From assembly GCA_964016885.1 (NCBI GenBank), contig OZ024740.1, forward strand, positions 113,584,001 through 113,648,000: a stretch of DNA of 64,000 nt. The letters are read 5' to 3'. The translations under genes and the position numbers were made by a program. This DNA is from Eledone cirrhosa (lineage: Eukaryota). Shown one piece after another: positions 1 to 13,300 of the stretch. The notes beneath the pieces were generated by a model. That model did no database searches and was not told the origin of the DNA. It was given only the letters and a program-made list of their open reading frames with translations. The first letter of the stretch is position 1, and every line of letters begins with the position of its first letter.

Positions 1-1340
1 CATTGATGCAATTCAATTCAACACTCAACGTACTTTTTCCACATAGGAGTGACGGAGTAAATATCGAATAAGGAAAAGCGAAGTAGTTTCAGATGTTCAA
101 GTCCTTTAATTAATAATGCTGTGATATATATTTCAATGACGACACTGGCCATACTGTTCTGTGTGCGAGTGTTGTGTCATCATCAGACAGCTTGTTACAT
201 AATAAGGTTATGTTTCCGAGGCAATCCAAATTGAATCGACATGGGAACGGATGAAGTTCGTGCTTTTGGGTTTTTCATCCGTTCCCTTGTGAGTACCAAT
301 TCACCCCCACCGGTCTGCGCAAGCGTATGTCCGAAGGAAGTTGACCATTAGCCACCGCAGATTTCAACGAAATTCACTGTCAGTTCACCCTCTCAGCCAA
401 AACAATGGCCCACCTATGCCCTACCAAAGTTTACTGCTACCCATCACGACTGTGGCAGTCAGCCGAAAGCCAGAGGGGATGGGAGGGTGTTAGTTTTTAT
501 AGGTCATAATACTACCTTTCACCAAACGTTGACAGCAAGCCTGACCATCAACTCATAAGGGAAAATAAACTTAATTCTAGGTACCATGGTTTTACATTGG
601 AAGTTAAGAGTGAGGGTTAGAAATAAAAATTAAAAATTAAAATCCTAAATCAAATATCAGAGATTATAAATTAAACAATTAAAAAATTAAAAAATTCGAA
701 ATTAAAAAATTTTTCAAGTGATAATTTTGGATTGAGTAAAAATATAGATTGAAGTGAGTAAATAATATGGAGAGAGATGTTTAAGTAATAAGTTCTGAGA
801 GGGATTCTAGTGTCCCAGTTACTCTATCCACATATTGAACGACAATGACGTACATTATAACGGAGGGCAAACTACAGGGTTCACGGCATTAGTCAATCTG
901 GTACACAGTCATAATTTCAATCACATGGAACAAAATCAAAGAAATACAGACATAAAGTACACAAAAGAAAAGAAAAGAACAGAACCAATAGTGAATAAAT
1001 GCAAAAACACAGAGTATATGCGAAATGATCCATATGATTGTCCATCTGTCCATGTATAGATTGAATTGAGGGGGCTTCTGTTCAAATGCGATTTGGTGCA
1101 GGAAAATAGGGGTTTATCTTATTTTTTGTTTCCGCATATTTATCCTGCCGAAAGTTACTATTATGCCCGTCCGGTGTCAGGGGTTTTCATCCCCATGGTA
1201 GAGGGAATTTCCAGGGGTAGCTCTTGGTTGGTTCCTCTCTTCTCCACCATATCGGTTACATCATAGAGCGCTCAACTAATCGGAGCTAAATTATTAGGGT
1301 AAACATTGATGCAATTCAATTCAAGCACTCAACGTACTTT
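1..1340 (-). mobile_element. ~1.3 kb hammerhead-bearing unit with terminal direct repeat (Penelope pLTR-like partial tandem; left end cut by window)
   Basis: cattgatgcaattcaattcaa(g)cactcaacgtactttt occurs at 1 and again at 1304 (period 1303). A hammerhead motif lies at 118-191 (-). The unit ends at a short (TA)n. Confidence 0.55.
118..191 (-). ncRNA. Type I hammerhead ribozyme motif, extended stem II
   Basis: Minus strand: gctgt CTGATGA tgac...gtca tt GAA ATATATAT C acagc. Stem I gctgt/acagc, palindromic stem III, AUC cleavage triplet. Confidence 0.75.
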
Positions 1341-1351
1341 TTTATATATAT

Positions 1352-1742
1352 ATAAACGGAAAAAATGAAACGAAATTTTATTTCCCTCTCTTAGTACGGC
1401 TGTTACTTAAATATAAGTATGTACACGTACATACATATATGTATAATCGTTGCTCGTTTGTTCAACACCGACAAAGGAACGCTGTACTAGTTTCAAGCTT
1501 ATTAGCTATCGTCAGCAACGTATACCTTCCTGCCAGATTGTTGAACGTATATACTTACCTTATGCATATTAACGTCTGAGTAGCCCAATTTGCATATCGA
1601 GGGGTTAATCGACCGGGTACACCGAAAACGATAAACGGAAAAAATGAAACGCAATTTAATTTCCCACTCTTAGTACGGCTGTTACTTAAATATAAGTATG
1701 TACACGTACATACATATATGGATGTACGTGTACATACTTATA
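1352..1742 (-). mobile_element. Family A short hammerhead element (279 bp monomer, partial tandem plus terminal fold-back)
   Basis: ~88 bp direct repeat at 1352 and 1631. Terminal inverted repeat tataagtatgtacacgtacat...atgtacgtgtacatacttata. (TA)n on both sides. Homologous to 19721-21002. Confidence 0.8.
1479..1521 (-). ncRNA. Minimal type I hammerhead ribozyme (family A)
   Basis: acgttg CTGACGA t agct aata agct t GAA ACTAGT A cagcgt. 6 bp stem I, 4 bp stem II, palindromic stem III, GUA triplet. Confidence 0.85.
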
Positions 1743-1883
1743 TATATATATATATATAGTAATAATAATAAATTTGAAGACTAAAATCCAAATTCAATAT
1801 AAAAATTAAATTATAGCATTCTATATGTAGGTGGGCCCCCTTCATTTCCTGGCAACCAAAACTTTTAGACGCAGTCCGCCACC

Positions 1884-1924
<41 letters not shown>

Positions 1925-2158
1925 AAAGTTCTATTTAAAATTGTTGGGATACAACAAGTAAATATTTTTATAACTGATATAAAGCACTCGACAAGTATTT
2001 GGAGTAGATATACGATATTAACGTCTTTTTCTAATTGTCCTTAACACTAAGACTTATTAAAATAATATAAACAATTCACTATCCAGATGGCTTCCAAAAA
2101 TAAGGGTTGCATTTTAAAAGGGTACGTCAAAGCTTATTTGTAAAACTGTTATATATTG

Positions 2159-2223
2159 TATTTTGTCTGATGAAGGCATACCATGATTTAATTTGGTATC
2201 CCTGAAATATGTATAATGAAATA
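2159..2223 (+). ncRNA. Minimal type I hammerhead ribozyme (family B)
   Basis: tattttgt CTGATGA aggcatacca-loop-tggtatccct GAA ATATGTAT A atgaaata. 8 bp stem I with two G-U pairs. The downstream flank is shared with 28806-28885 and 57600-57685. Confidence 0.8.
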
Positions 2224-2261
2224 GATATGGTTTTATAAATATAGTTTCCATTTATTAATAT

Positions 2262-2327
<66 letters not shown>

Positions 2328-2372
2328 GCCAATCATTGTAACTTTTAATCTGTTATTTTAATAAATAAATAA

Positions 2373-2408
<36 letters not shown>

Positions 2409-2714
2409 GAGTGCGTGTATGTGCGCATGTACATGTGTATATATAGATTTATATATATGTTTATATATATGTGTGTGCATATATATGCATATATATATAT
2501 ATATACACACACACTTGTGTGTGTGTCTACATATGTATGTTTGCATGTAAGCTTTAGATTTAGTAGAATGTACAACCACTGATTCCAGCTACTTGCACTA
2601 TCGTATACTTTGGTTTCTATTAATTCCCTGGAGAATTGGTCGACCAAATGCTTTGCTTAATTATTTTATTTATTTTTAAAAAATGTTATTCTTATTCTTA
2701 GAATTCAGTTATTT

Positions 2715-3545
2715 TATGAAAGCATAGCACTGCCCCCGAAAATACCAGTGGGCTCCTGCAAGTCTACCTTGGTCCCACTTGCCATTGGCAACCTGGCCAG
2801 TCTGCCACTGCCTATACCAGGCCAAATCTCAGCGCAAATTCTCCTGGCGCCACCTTCCCTCAGGGTACTGGCTCCAGCTAAACCTGATCTCCACAAGACG
2901 CAACTATTTGAGAGAAGTGTTCCTGACTCGGTTTTTTTTTATAGTGTTGACTGTGATACAGATCATTCTCTGGTTTGCTGTAATTTCAAACCTCAACCAA
3001 AAATGATGCTCTACGCCAAGCCTCTGAGCAGACAGCATATCAATGCTACTGCAACCAAAGTAGCTGCATTCCTCAAGTCACTGGACGACGCCCACCTTGC
3101 AGACTCACCGGAAGGTGATGCTCAGCAATGATGTGACCCTCTCAGAGACACCATCCATGGCACTGCTTTGAAGACCTTCAGGAAGAAGCGAAGAATGACA
3201 CATGAGGGTAGTGCAGATTAGCTCAATGAGGAGTCGTGCGCTACCCTTTTGAAGCACAATCACCAACCCACCAGGGCAATGACATGAGCATTGAGATTGC
3301 GGGAGTCTGTGTAAATGATTACTGGTTACACATTTGCGAAAGCATCCAGCTGTAATTTGACACAGGTAACATTCGCAGAATGTATGAGGGCATCAAGAAT
3401 GACATCGGCCCAACCCAGAGCAAGACAACTCCACTCAAATTCAGAGAGGATGAGGCCATCAAACTTAAAAGAGAGCAGTTGCAGCGATTGGTGGGCATTA
3501 CCCCGAACACTACAGCAAGGAAATCAGTATCACAGACAATTCGCT
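2715..3545 (+). mobile_element. Degraded RTE-clade LINE fragment (APE endonuclease C-terminus and linker)
   Basis: Across frames: KFSWRHLPSGYWLQLNLISTRR, SVDCDTDHSLV, LRDTIHGTALKTFRKK, NDYWLHICESIQ..DTGNIRRMYEGIK..GPTQ...PLK. These are typical RTE ORF motifs, with stops and frameshifts. Confidence 0.85.
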
Positions 3546-5121
3546 AGACACCGTGAAACATTTGCTAGTCATATATATATATATATATATATAAACTGGT
3601 TTTCTACGCACGCGGCTGACCCATTTAAGCTCGCTACTATATCGCATTTAAAGTCCGTTAAAGGTTCTTGGCACTACCATTATTACTATCGCTTTCCTCT
3701 GGCCATGGGACTTGGAGACATGAGTCGAATGCTTCCATTCATCGATGTAGACTGCTATTTCTAATAGCCATCTTTTCACCTCTTAATAATTTGTGTGTGA
3801 GACACGTTGGCTAAATGCTTTTGACGGGAACGAAAAGATTGGTTTTCTACTTTCCCGCCACCACGTAAAATGTGTAAATCGGTGGCTAGTCAAGAGACAG
3901 AGTTGTATCGAGTGCCAGTTGCTAATCGTTTTACCGTGTCGGTTGTCACAAACTGTCATGACCGGCATGGGCTGGGGTTTGGATTCTGTCGATCGATTGG
4001 TTATTGATTAGGCGATACTCGCATAAGCCGATTGTGCATTGTTGCATAATATATGTAGACGGATGGTGCAGTACACCTTACTGCTGCATCATGCTGGGGT
4101 GGACTGTCATTTACTACGGTGATTTGGGGATTCGGGGATGAAGAAAAGAACATAATACTTTAATTATCATATAATTCTGTTCATTAATATTTTCTTTAAT
4201 TTCGATCTGTATTTTCAGTTGGTTGAGCGGAAACACGAAACTGTTGTCATCATGGCTTCCAATTTCATATCGATAACAAATGATATCAATCGGGATAATG
4301 TACAGATTTTCTACAGAAAAGTCGAATCATCTATGAATTTAAAAACGAATTTCATCAATATAATCACCTACTTCGATAACGTATCTCTGCATAAATGTTA
4401 TAAATAAATATGCATTATTAAAAAAATCATTAGGAGGTGAATAAGGTCGCAAGGGGAGGTAGTGGCACAAAAATGTAGCTAAGTTCTCAGTAATGGATTC
4501 AATCTTCTCTCATTCTCCATTTGTCTCTCTTACAGGGTTTTCATTGTTCTAAATTAATAACGTTTTGTTCTTTTTATGTTTTTGTAGTTCATATGCGCTT
4601 ACTCTCTCTTATCAGTTAGTGACGTTCAGTTATGTTTCCTTAGTTTTCGTGTAGGATATTTATTCAATTTCATTTTTACATCTATGTTAGCGCTCATATC
4701 TTTTTCTATTCCTCTCTCTTATCTATGTCCGTCCAAGTGCATTTTTTTCATGTAGATTTGCTCTAAAATAATGCATTTTCTCTTGCTCCTTATCTCTTAG
4801 TAGCATCATGAATTCCTTTTCATTTTAACTTGAACATTAATGTATGGTCTCATCTCATTATGAATACCAATCTCGCTTCGCAATTACATGATTTCAAGTT
4901 CGATTGAATATCAAAATTTATTGGACAACTGTCGACTACTACAGACTCTTGTCGACCAAAACATTATGGAACAGGGGGAATGTTCCAATTTTCTTTAATC
5001 GACACTCAATTCCGACCTTGCTAGAAGTATAACATGACTTAGGTTAACATACATCTTCCTCTTATCAGTCTTGGTGACTCTGAAGACTTTAAAATGCATT
5101 ACCCTTTTTCTTCTAACTATA

Positions 5122-5271
<150 letters not shown>

Positions 5272-5329
5272 CGTGGAAGCAGTCAATGCCGTTGCGAGAT
5301 CCAAAACTACAGCTGTAGTGTGAACAATG

Positions 5330-5481
5330 TAAATAGATTTAAAACAGTTGAAGTCAGTGTTGCAGCATATGTACAAACTTTATTTGCATTTAACAATTGT
5401 TTCGTGGTCAATTTAATATGCAAATAAATTTTGTACATAAGCTGCAACACTGACCCCAACTCTTTTAAATCCATCTATTTA
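5330..5481. repeat. Imperfect palindrome, ~60 bp arms (MITE-like or fold-back)
   Basis: gtcagtgttgcagcatatgtacaaactttatttgcat pairs with atgcaaataaattttgtacataagctgcaacactgac. Confidence 0.8.
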
Positions 5482-5517
5482 TATATATATATATATATAC
5501 ATTTATAAAACAGAGGA

Positions 5518-6530
<1,013 letters not shown>

Positions 6531-6775
6531 TTCTACGTTTCCAGTAGATGAACAATCATTCCCTGAGAATAAGGGAATTCAAAAAGTACACAGCTACATT
6601 CCTCAATTCTCAAGTGTGTTAAACAAATATTTTATCTATCTATATATATGACAGGATAGAGTCAGTTATAACCTAGTTCGACCATTACTCAACATAGTAC
6701 TCGACACTTGGAATAGTAGAGAATCACTATATTAGGAAGAGTAGGCGCCCTGCGGCTGAGTTCTTGCCGTTTCAA

Positions 6776-7038
6776 CAGTGATTAACGCCGCACCAAGACG
6801 CTAGAACTGCCTGATCAAAGAATGGCCAAGTTGAACATTAACAAATTTCATATATCTGTCAACAAAACAACTTTCCATAGTTTCGTCAGAGGCGTCGATT
6901 GTCCATATAACTTTATAAGCTGTCCCTCTAGACTACAAGTAGGTTCTTTTCTTGACAGATACAAAACATTTCTTAATGTGCGACCGGGCCATTCTTTTAT
7001 CAGGCAGCCCTAGTGTCTTGATGTGGCGTCAATCACTG
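6776..7038. mobile_element. ~260 bp diverged fold-back element (MITE-like), termini CAGTG...CACTG
   Basis: cagtgattaacgccgcaccaagacgctagaactgcctgatcaaagaatggcc versus the reverse complement of the right arm, cagtgattgacgccacatcaagacactagggctgcctgataaaagaatggcc. Pairing continues inward. Confidence 0.7.
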
Positions 7039-7556
7039 GGTCTATGCCTGTATTTAAGCTGGCTAAGTTTTCGGACCACTCCGACCATATAAATGGCAAA
7101 ATCCATGCTGACTCGGACATATACATACACAGACATACACATACATACACTTGCTCTTTCACACATCCACATACATAACTATTTCTTAAATATATATAAA
7201 AATATATACATCCCAAGCATATTATGTAAAGAGTTTCTAGTTGCTTCGGATAATAAGGGATATTTAATGTCCACTTTTGTACGGAATCCGCTTAATTTGC
7301 CAGCTGCAGCTTAAAAAGTCCATCTCCCCCATACTCCTATTTAGAGCGAGTAGCGGTTGGGATAAATGGATGATGTTTGAGGTAGGGATTATGGGAGGAA
7401 ATCTTAGATCTAATATAGACAGTTAGTTCATAATTGACTTGTTTTTTTACGAACGTAATTTTTACGAGTTTGTAATCCGATGGTTTTGCCCAATAGATGC
7501 TTTTTTATTGTTGGGTTTCCTTTCCGAGTGCATTATTTATGTATTGCTTGGGCTTG

Positions 7557-7597
<41 letters not shown>

Positions 7598-7721
7598 TCT
7601 AGTGTATATATGTGTAGTGTAATTGTATGTATATTTAGGATAGTTTGAATGGTTGGAGGAATAGCGATCTAGCTTACTCACACGCACACAAATACACACA
7701 TACAGGTCCCCCCCCACACAT

Positions 7722-7776
<55 letters not shown>

Positions 7777-9205
7777 AACACAATATATATATCTATATAT
7801 ATATCTATATAATCAATTCATTCTAAAACTTTTCTTTAATATTCTACAAGGAACCGTAAATGGACAAACCATGCCCCTGTCGAAAAGGCCCGTATATAAG
7901 CAATGTAATATTTTGAAAGCCCAAACTTAATTAAGGTATGTTATGAATATTTTAAGCTCAATGTGTTTCTACAATCCCAAAATAGACCGAACCGATTCAA
8001 CCAAGATGTAATTCATGAGATAAATTAATCCAAAATATTTTCAGAGAGTCATTTAGACGGAATTCACACTGTTTCTATTAGTTTCACGTTGGTCTCTACA
8101 AATGAAATGAAGTATAAAGATAGATTTGGTCAAAGGTACTCATATAAGTAAAATTCGAGTATATGAAAATTAATCCATATATTTGTTATCTGAAAGATTT
8201 CCCTATAATTGTTTATTCCAGTTTAGTGGTTTCATCAAACAAATGAAAATGAATTAATAAATGTATATAACATCTTCATTACAACCCAACGGTCTCGTAG
8301 GAGGCCAGCTAAACTTGCAAAAGCGTAAAAATCTGGAAACTTTTAAAATGTTTTTTCATTTATTATCATTATGAAATGTCCACCGTAAAACCAATAAATG
8401 CCATACTTTTCCTAAGTCTCTTTCTTACCTCTATCAACTTTTCTAACTTGTTTTTCAATCTCTTTATCAGTCATTAACATAGTATGTTCTCATACTACCT
8501 CTCTCCCCCTCTCTTTCTCTCTGTCTGTCTCTCCCTCTCTCTTGTTCTCTCTTTCTCTCTATTACTAATACCACTTCATCATCCTAAACGACGACGTTAC
8601 TTACAGATAATTTTGGATGGGAATCAGTAAATTGGTCAGATTTTGTTGATAAAAAAATATGTAATTTCTTAATGTACAATAATCATGGCGTCACCAATAT
8701 CAGCAATATTAAAGAAAAAAAAATAAAGAACCAAACGTAGAAACAACAGCTGTAACAACAACACCATCATCAGAAACAAAACTAAAACAACTTCAACGAA
8801 AAGCGAATAACAGAGAGCATACAACCACACACAACAACAGCAGCTGCAGTATAAAAGCAAATAAAATAACATCAACACAAAACATTGGTGCTGACAGGAC
8901 TAATAATAACAACAACAACAATTTAAAAAAATAATCATAAAGATGATGATGATTGAAAAGTTTGCAAAATATGCTCTTTGTGCATGTATAGGAGTGTGAC
9001 TGAGTGGGATTAAGCAGATAATCAATGAATGTATGTGTACATTCGTACACACAGATATATATATATATATATATATTAAATCATAGATAAGCAGTCATAG
9101 ATATGTAAACGTACTCATAACAAGTATGTATGCATGTATTATGTATGTATGTATATATGTATGTATGCATATATGTATATATATATATATATGTATATGT
9201 ATATA

Positions 9206-9268
<63 letters not shown>

Positions 9269-9784
9269 TGCATACATACGTACATACATACATGCATACA
9301 TACTTGTTATGTGTACGTTTACATATCTATGATTCCTTATCTATGATTATGCACACATACAAGTATGCACACATCCCTGTCGGCGCCAGACAAACGATGG
9401 TGTTTATAGGATGTTTGTTTTGCCTGCTGTTGTTATTGTCCTTTTATTAAAAAATAATACAACATAAAAATCAGAGAAGCTCATAATATTAAATCTAGAT
9501 GAGTATGAGCAATAATTTATAGAGTATGCAGCAGAGATTAGTCTCCCTTTATGGAATACTTTGATTTTTGACCTAGGTCATTGGTGTGTCATATTACTGG
9601 CTTCAACAGCTAGATTTTCAGACTCTCTTCAGCGAGACACACTTTTACACGATTCTTATAAGGACGTAACTGAAAGGAGCACAAGCATAACCCCCCCCCC
9701 CCATCACACGCACATATATACCAACACACACGCACGCACACACACACACATATAAATAGATATGCGTATATATATATATATATG

Positions 9785-9961
<177 letters not shown>

Positions 9962-10375
9962 GCAAAGAAAATAATTATATGAATGATTTTCATGATAACA
10001 TTGATTTTTAGTTTAGGCACAAGGCCAGCAAACTTGATGGAAATGCAAAGTTAATTAAACCAACCCCAGTACTTTATTACTGGAATATATATTATCCCGT
10101 ATAGAGAACTAATAAGAGGATATAAAAAAATACAAACTATCATAGAATCATTGTACACAAATATATATGCGCTGCAGTCGTTGTTAGAATAAAAACTCTT
10201 CATTTGATATTCCAAAATCCCAAATCCTTCAAAATCCGAAAGTTCTGTTGGAATCTAAATGGATAATTAGGTCTAGGCTTGAGGTCTACTCCCACGTTGT
10301 CCTAGTTTATAGATGGTGTATACTAATTAAAATCCTAAATGAGTGGCATACATCCCTCTCTCACTCTCTTCTCTA

Positions 10376-10449
<74 letters not shown>

Positions 10450-10530
10450 GTATTCACAACCTCTAACTGGATTACCTATAACGATATTTTGTCATCCCTT
10501 GTATATGTATATATATATATATATACACAT

Positions 10531-10565
<35 letters not shown>

Positions 10566-10753
10566 CATACAAGGGATGAATACTTCTTATTATGGATAGT
10601 TTTAGCATACGGCTTTGTTTGACTAAACAAGAGGTTTACGTAGATAGCGAGTTTATGTTTTAACTTGTATTCCTCTGTAAGTTTATCTTGGAGTAATAAC
10701 ATTGAAAAAGTGAAGAATATCATGGTCAACAGTACAAAAAAGTGAAATTTATT

Positions 10754-10860
10754 TAGTCTAACAATTGTTTCGCTCATTGAGTTGTCTAAAAATTGCTGAA
10801 GACTAGAAGCAGTGCCTCTCAATCTTACAACGATTAGCTCAATCATATCATCAGAGACTA
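10754..10860 (-). ncRNA. Type I hammerhead ribozyme with 76 nt stem II domain
   Basis: tagtct CTGATGA [..attgag..ctcaat..] GAA ACAATTGT T agacta. Perfect 6 bp stem I, 8 nt palindromic stem III, GUU triplet. Confidence 0.8.
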
Positions 10861-10974
10861 TTACAAAAAATATATAACCGGTAAATCTACAAATTCAAAT
10901 TACAGCATCAATAATAAAATTAGTAATAAAGATAGAGAGAGAAAAAAGAAAGAAAGAGAGATAGATAAAGGAAA

Positions 10975-11125
10975 GAAAGAAAGAAAAAGGAAAAAGAAAA
11001 AGAAAAAAGAAAAAAGAAAAAAGAAAAAAGAAAAAAGAAAAAAGAGAAAAGAAAAAAGAAAAAAGAAAAAAGAAAAAAAGAAAAAAGAAAAAGTAAAAGT
11101 AAAAAAAAAGAAAAAGAAAAAGGAG
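10975..11125. repeat. (GAAAAAA)n-like purine tract
   Basis: Direct reading. Confidence 0.9.
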
Positions 11126-11490
11126 AAATGTAAACAGAAAGATATAGAGAAAAAAAAAGATGTAGAGAAAGGAGGGTAGAAAGAGGAGAGAAAAGGATAG
11201 AGGAGAAATGACGTAAGGGAATAAGAAAAATAGAGGGAAAATAATGATATCAACAATAAATGAATAAATGTTAAAACATGAATAAATGTAAATAAATAAT
11301 AAATGAATAAATAAACAAATTACATCTAGTATGATACAAAATGATACAAAATATGAAATATGAAAATATGAAAAAATGAAAATAAATAAGTAAAAATGTG
11401 CGGAGAAATTTAAACATAAAGATTATTGAGAGTGGTTAAAATATAGAGAGATGCGAAGGTTTAAATATGATAATGTTAAATATATGTGTG

Positions 11491-11592
11491 TTCAGCAAAT
11501 TTTAGACAACTCAATCAGAGAAACAATTGTTAGACTGTAAATAAATTCTCCTTTTTTGTACCGTTGACCATGTTATTCTTCACCTTTTCAAT
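11491..11592 (+). mobile_element. 5'-truncated inverted copy of the 10.7 kb hammerhead element (starts inside stem II)
   Basis: ttcagcaaattttagacaactcaatcagaGAAACAATTGTTagact...cttcaccttttcaat matches the reverse complement of ~10701-10800. Ends at (TA)n. Confidence 0.8.
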
Positions 11593-11594
11593 TT

Positions 11595-11752
<158 letters not shown>

Positions 11753-12743
11753 TACATATATATTTATATATATATATATATACATACATACATTCGGACA
11801 GACAGACAGATATGTAATACTCTTCATGCTTACAACACCTTCACAAATATAAACACACACATGCTTTATGGTTATAACGCACACTCGTTAACAAACAAAC
11901 ACATGTATATACAAACAGTCGCAAACCTACATATACACACTCGTAATGACCACACGTACACATAAACAGTGGCACATACATACATACGCATGCACAGTCA
12001 CCTATACCCAAACACCCATATGTAATCACACAAACACCCCCAAAACATTTAATAGTGACATCAGATACACATACACAAATACATACAAACATACATACAT
12101 ATGAACAAACAGGCATGTATGCTCACACTTATAGAGAGAAACACAGTTACACAGACTCAATTAATAACAACCGCCTATTCACATACATATCCACATACAT
12201 ATACACAAACAGAGACATATACGCATACTTATACACAGACATATACACATAGATACATACATATACACAAACACACTAGAGATATACACTCACAAACACT
12301 CTATTTACACATGACATACACATAAACAAATATGCATACAATCACAAACACTTAATGATCATAAAAAGGCACATAAACAGAGGCATACACACACACATAC
12401 ACACATACATTCACGCACACATACACACACACACGCACACACACACACCAACTGACACAGACAAAAGCACACAATCAATCAAAGTACACAGAACAGTCAG
12501 TTCGATAACCAAATTATTGAAATTCGTGATAATAATGATGAGTTGGGGTACGGTGGAGAGTTTATCTTTTGTTTGAAGAAACTCAATAATAGGAGATAGA
12601 ATGAAACACAATAACAATAAAGACAATAACAATTACAACGGGGATAACTATCGGCAGTAACAGAAGGCGAAGAAGAAGAAGAAGAAGAAGAAGAAGAAGA
12701 AGAAGACGGAGAAGGAGGAGGAGGAGGAGGAGGAGGTGATTAT

Positions 12744-12945
12744 TAATAATAATAATAATTGTTTCTACTTTAGGCACAAGGCCGGCAATTACCCAGTGCA
12801 TTACTGGTACTTTATTTTATCGACCCCGTAAGGATGAAAGGCAAAGTTAACCTCGGCGGGATTTGAACTCAGAATGGCAAGGGCCGTAACTCTATGCGTC
12901 AAAGCATGGTGCCCGACCCTCTACCGATACACCCAATCCACCGCC
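12744..12945 (-). mobile_element. tRNA-derived SINE, full length
   Basis: Head ggcggtggattgg, B box gagttcaaatccc, core gttaactttgcctttcatccttacggggtcgataaaataaagtaccagt, (ATT)n tail. Confidence 0.92.
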
Positions 12946-12960
12946 AATAATATTAATAAT

Positions 12961-13148
12961 AATGGTTTCTTATATGGGTACAAGGCCAGCAATTTTCGGA
13001 GGGAGGAGAAAATCGATTAAGTCAACTCCTGTGCGTGACTGGTACTTTATCTTATCGACTCTGTAAGGATAAAAGGCAAAGTTAACCTCAGCGGGATTTG
13101 GACTTTGCCCATAAAGGGTCGTAACTCTATGCTGCAAAGCATGGTGTC
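12961..13148 (-). mobile_element. tRNA-derived SINE, longer-tail subfamily, head truncated
   Basis: Same core with an extra segment before the tail. Tandem with the preceding copy. Confidence 0.85.
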
Positions 13149-13149
13149 A

Positions 13150-13180
<31 letters not shown>

Positions 13181-13245
13181 TGATTTCTTTATTTCTTTAT
13201 TTCTTTCTTTATTTATTTATTGTTTTTATTTATTTATTTTTTATT

Positions 13246-13300
<55 letters not shown>

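Noticed and set aside
1588-1595. Octamer ATTTGCAT in family A copies as an snRNA-type promoter
   Set aside because: A single 8-mer inherited by all copies in AT-rich DNA. No PSE or other support.
4033-4075. Partial resemblance to miR-33
   Set aside because: The match is incomplete and hairpin pairing is poor.
4219-4407. Short ORF behind a ttttcag acceptor (possible exon)
   Set aside because: No recognisable homology or partner exon.
10472-10846. 124 aa minus-strand ORF
   Set aside because: It overlaps the hammerhead element and ends in microsatellite. No protein motif.
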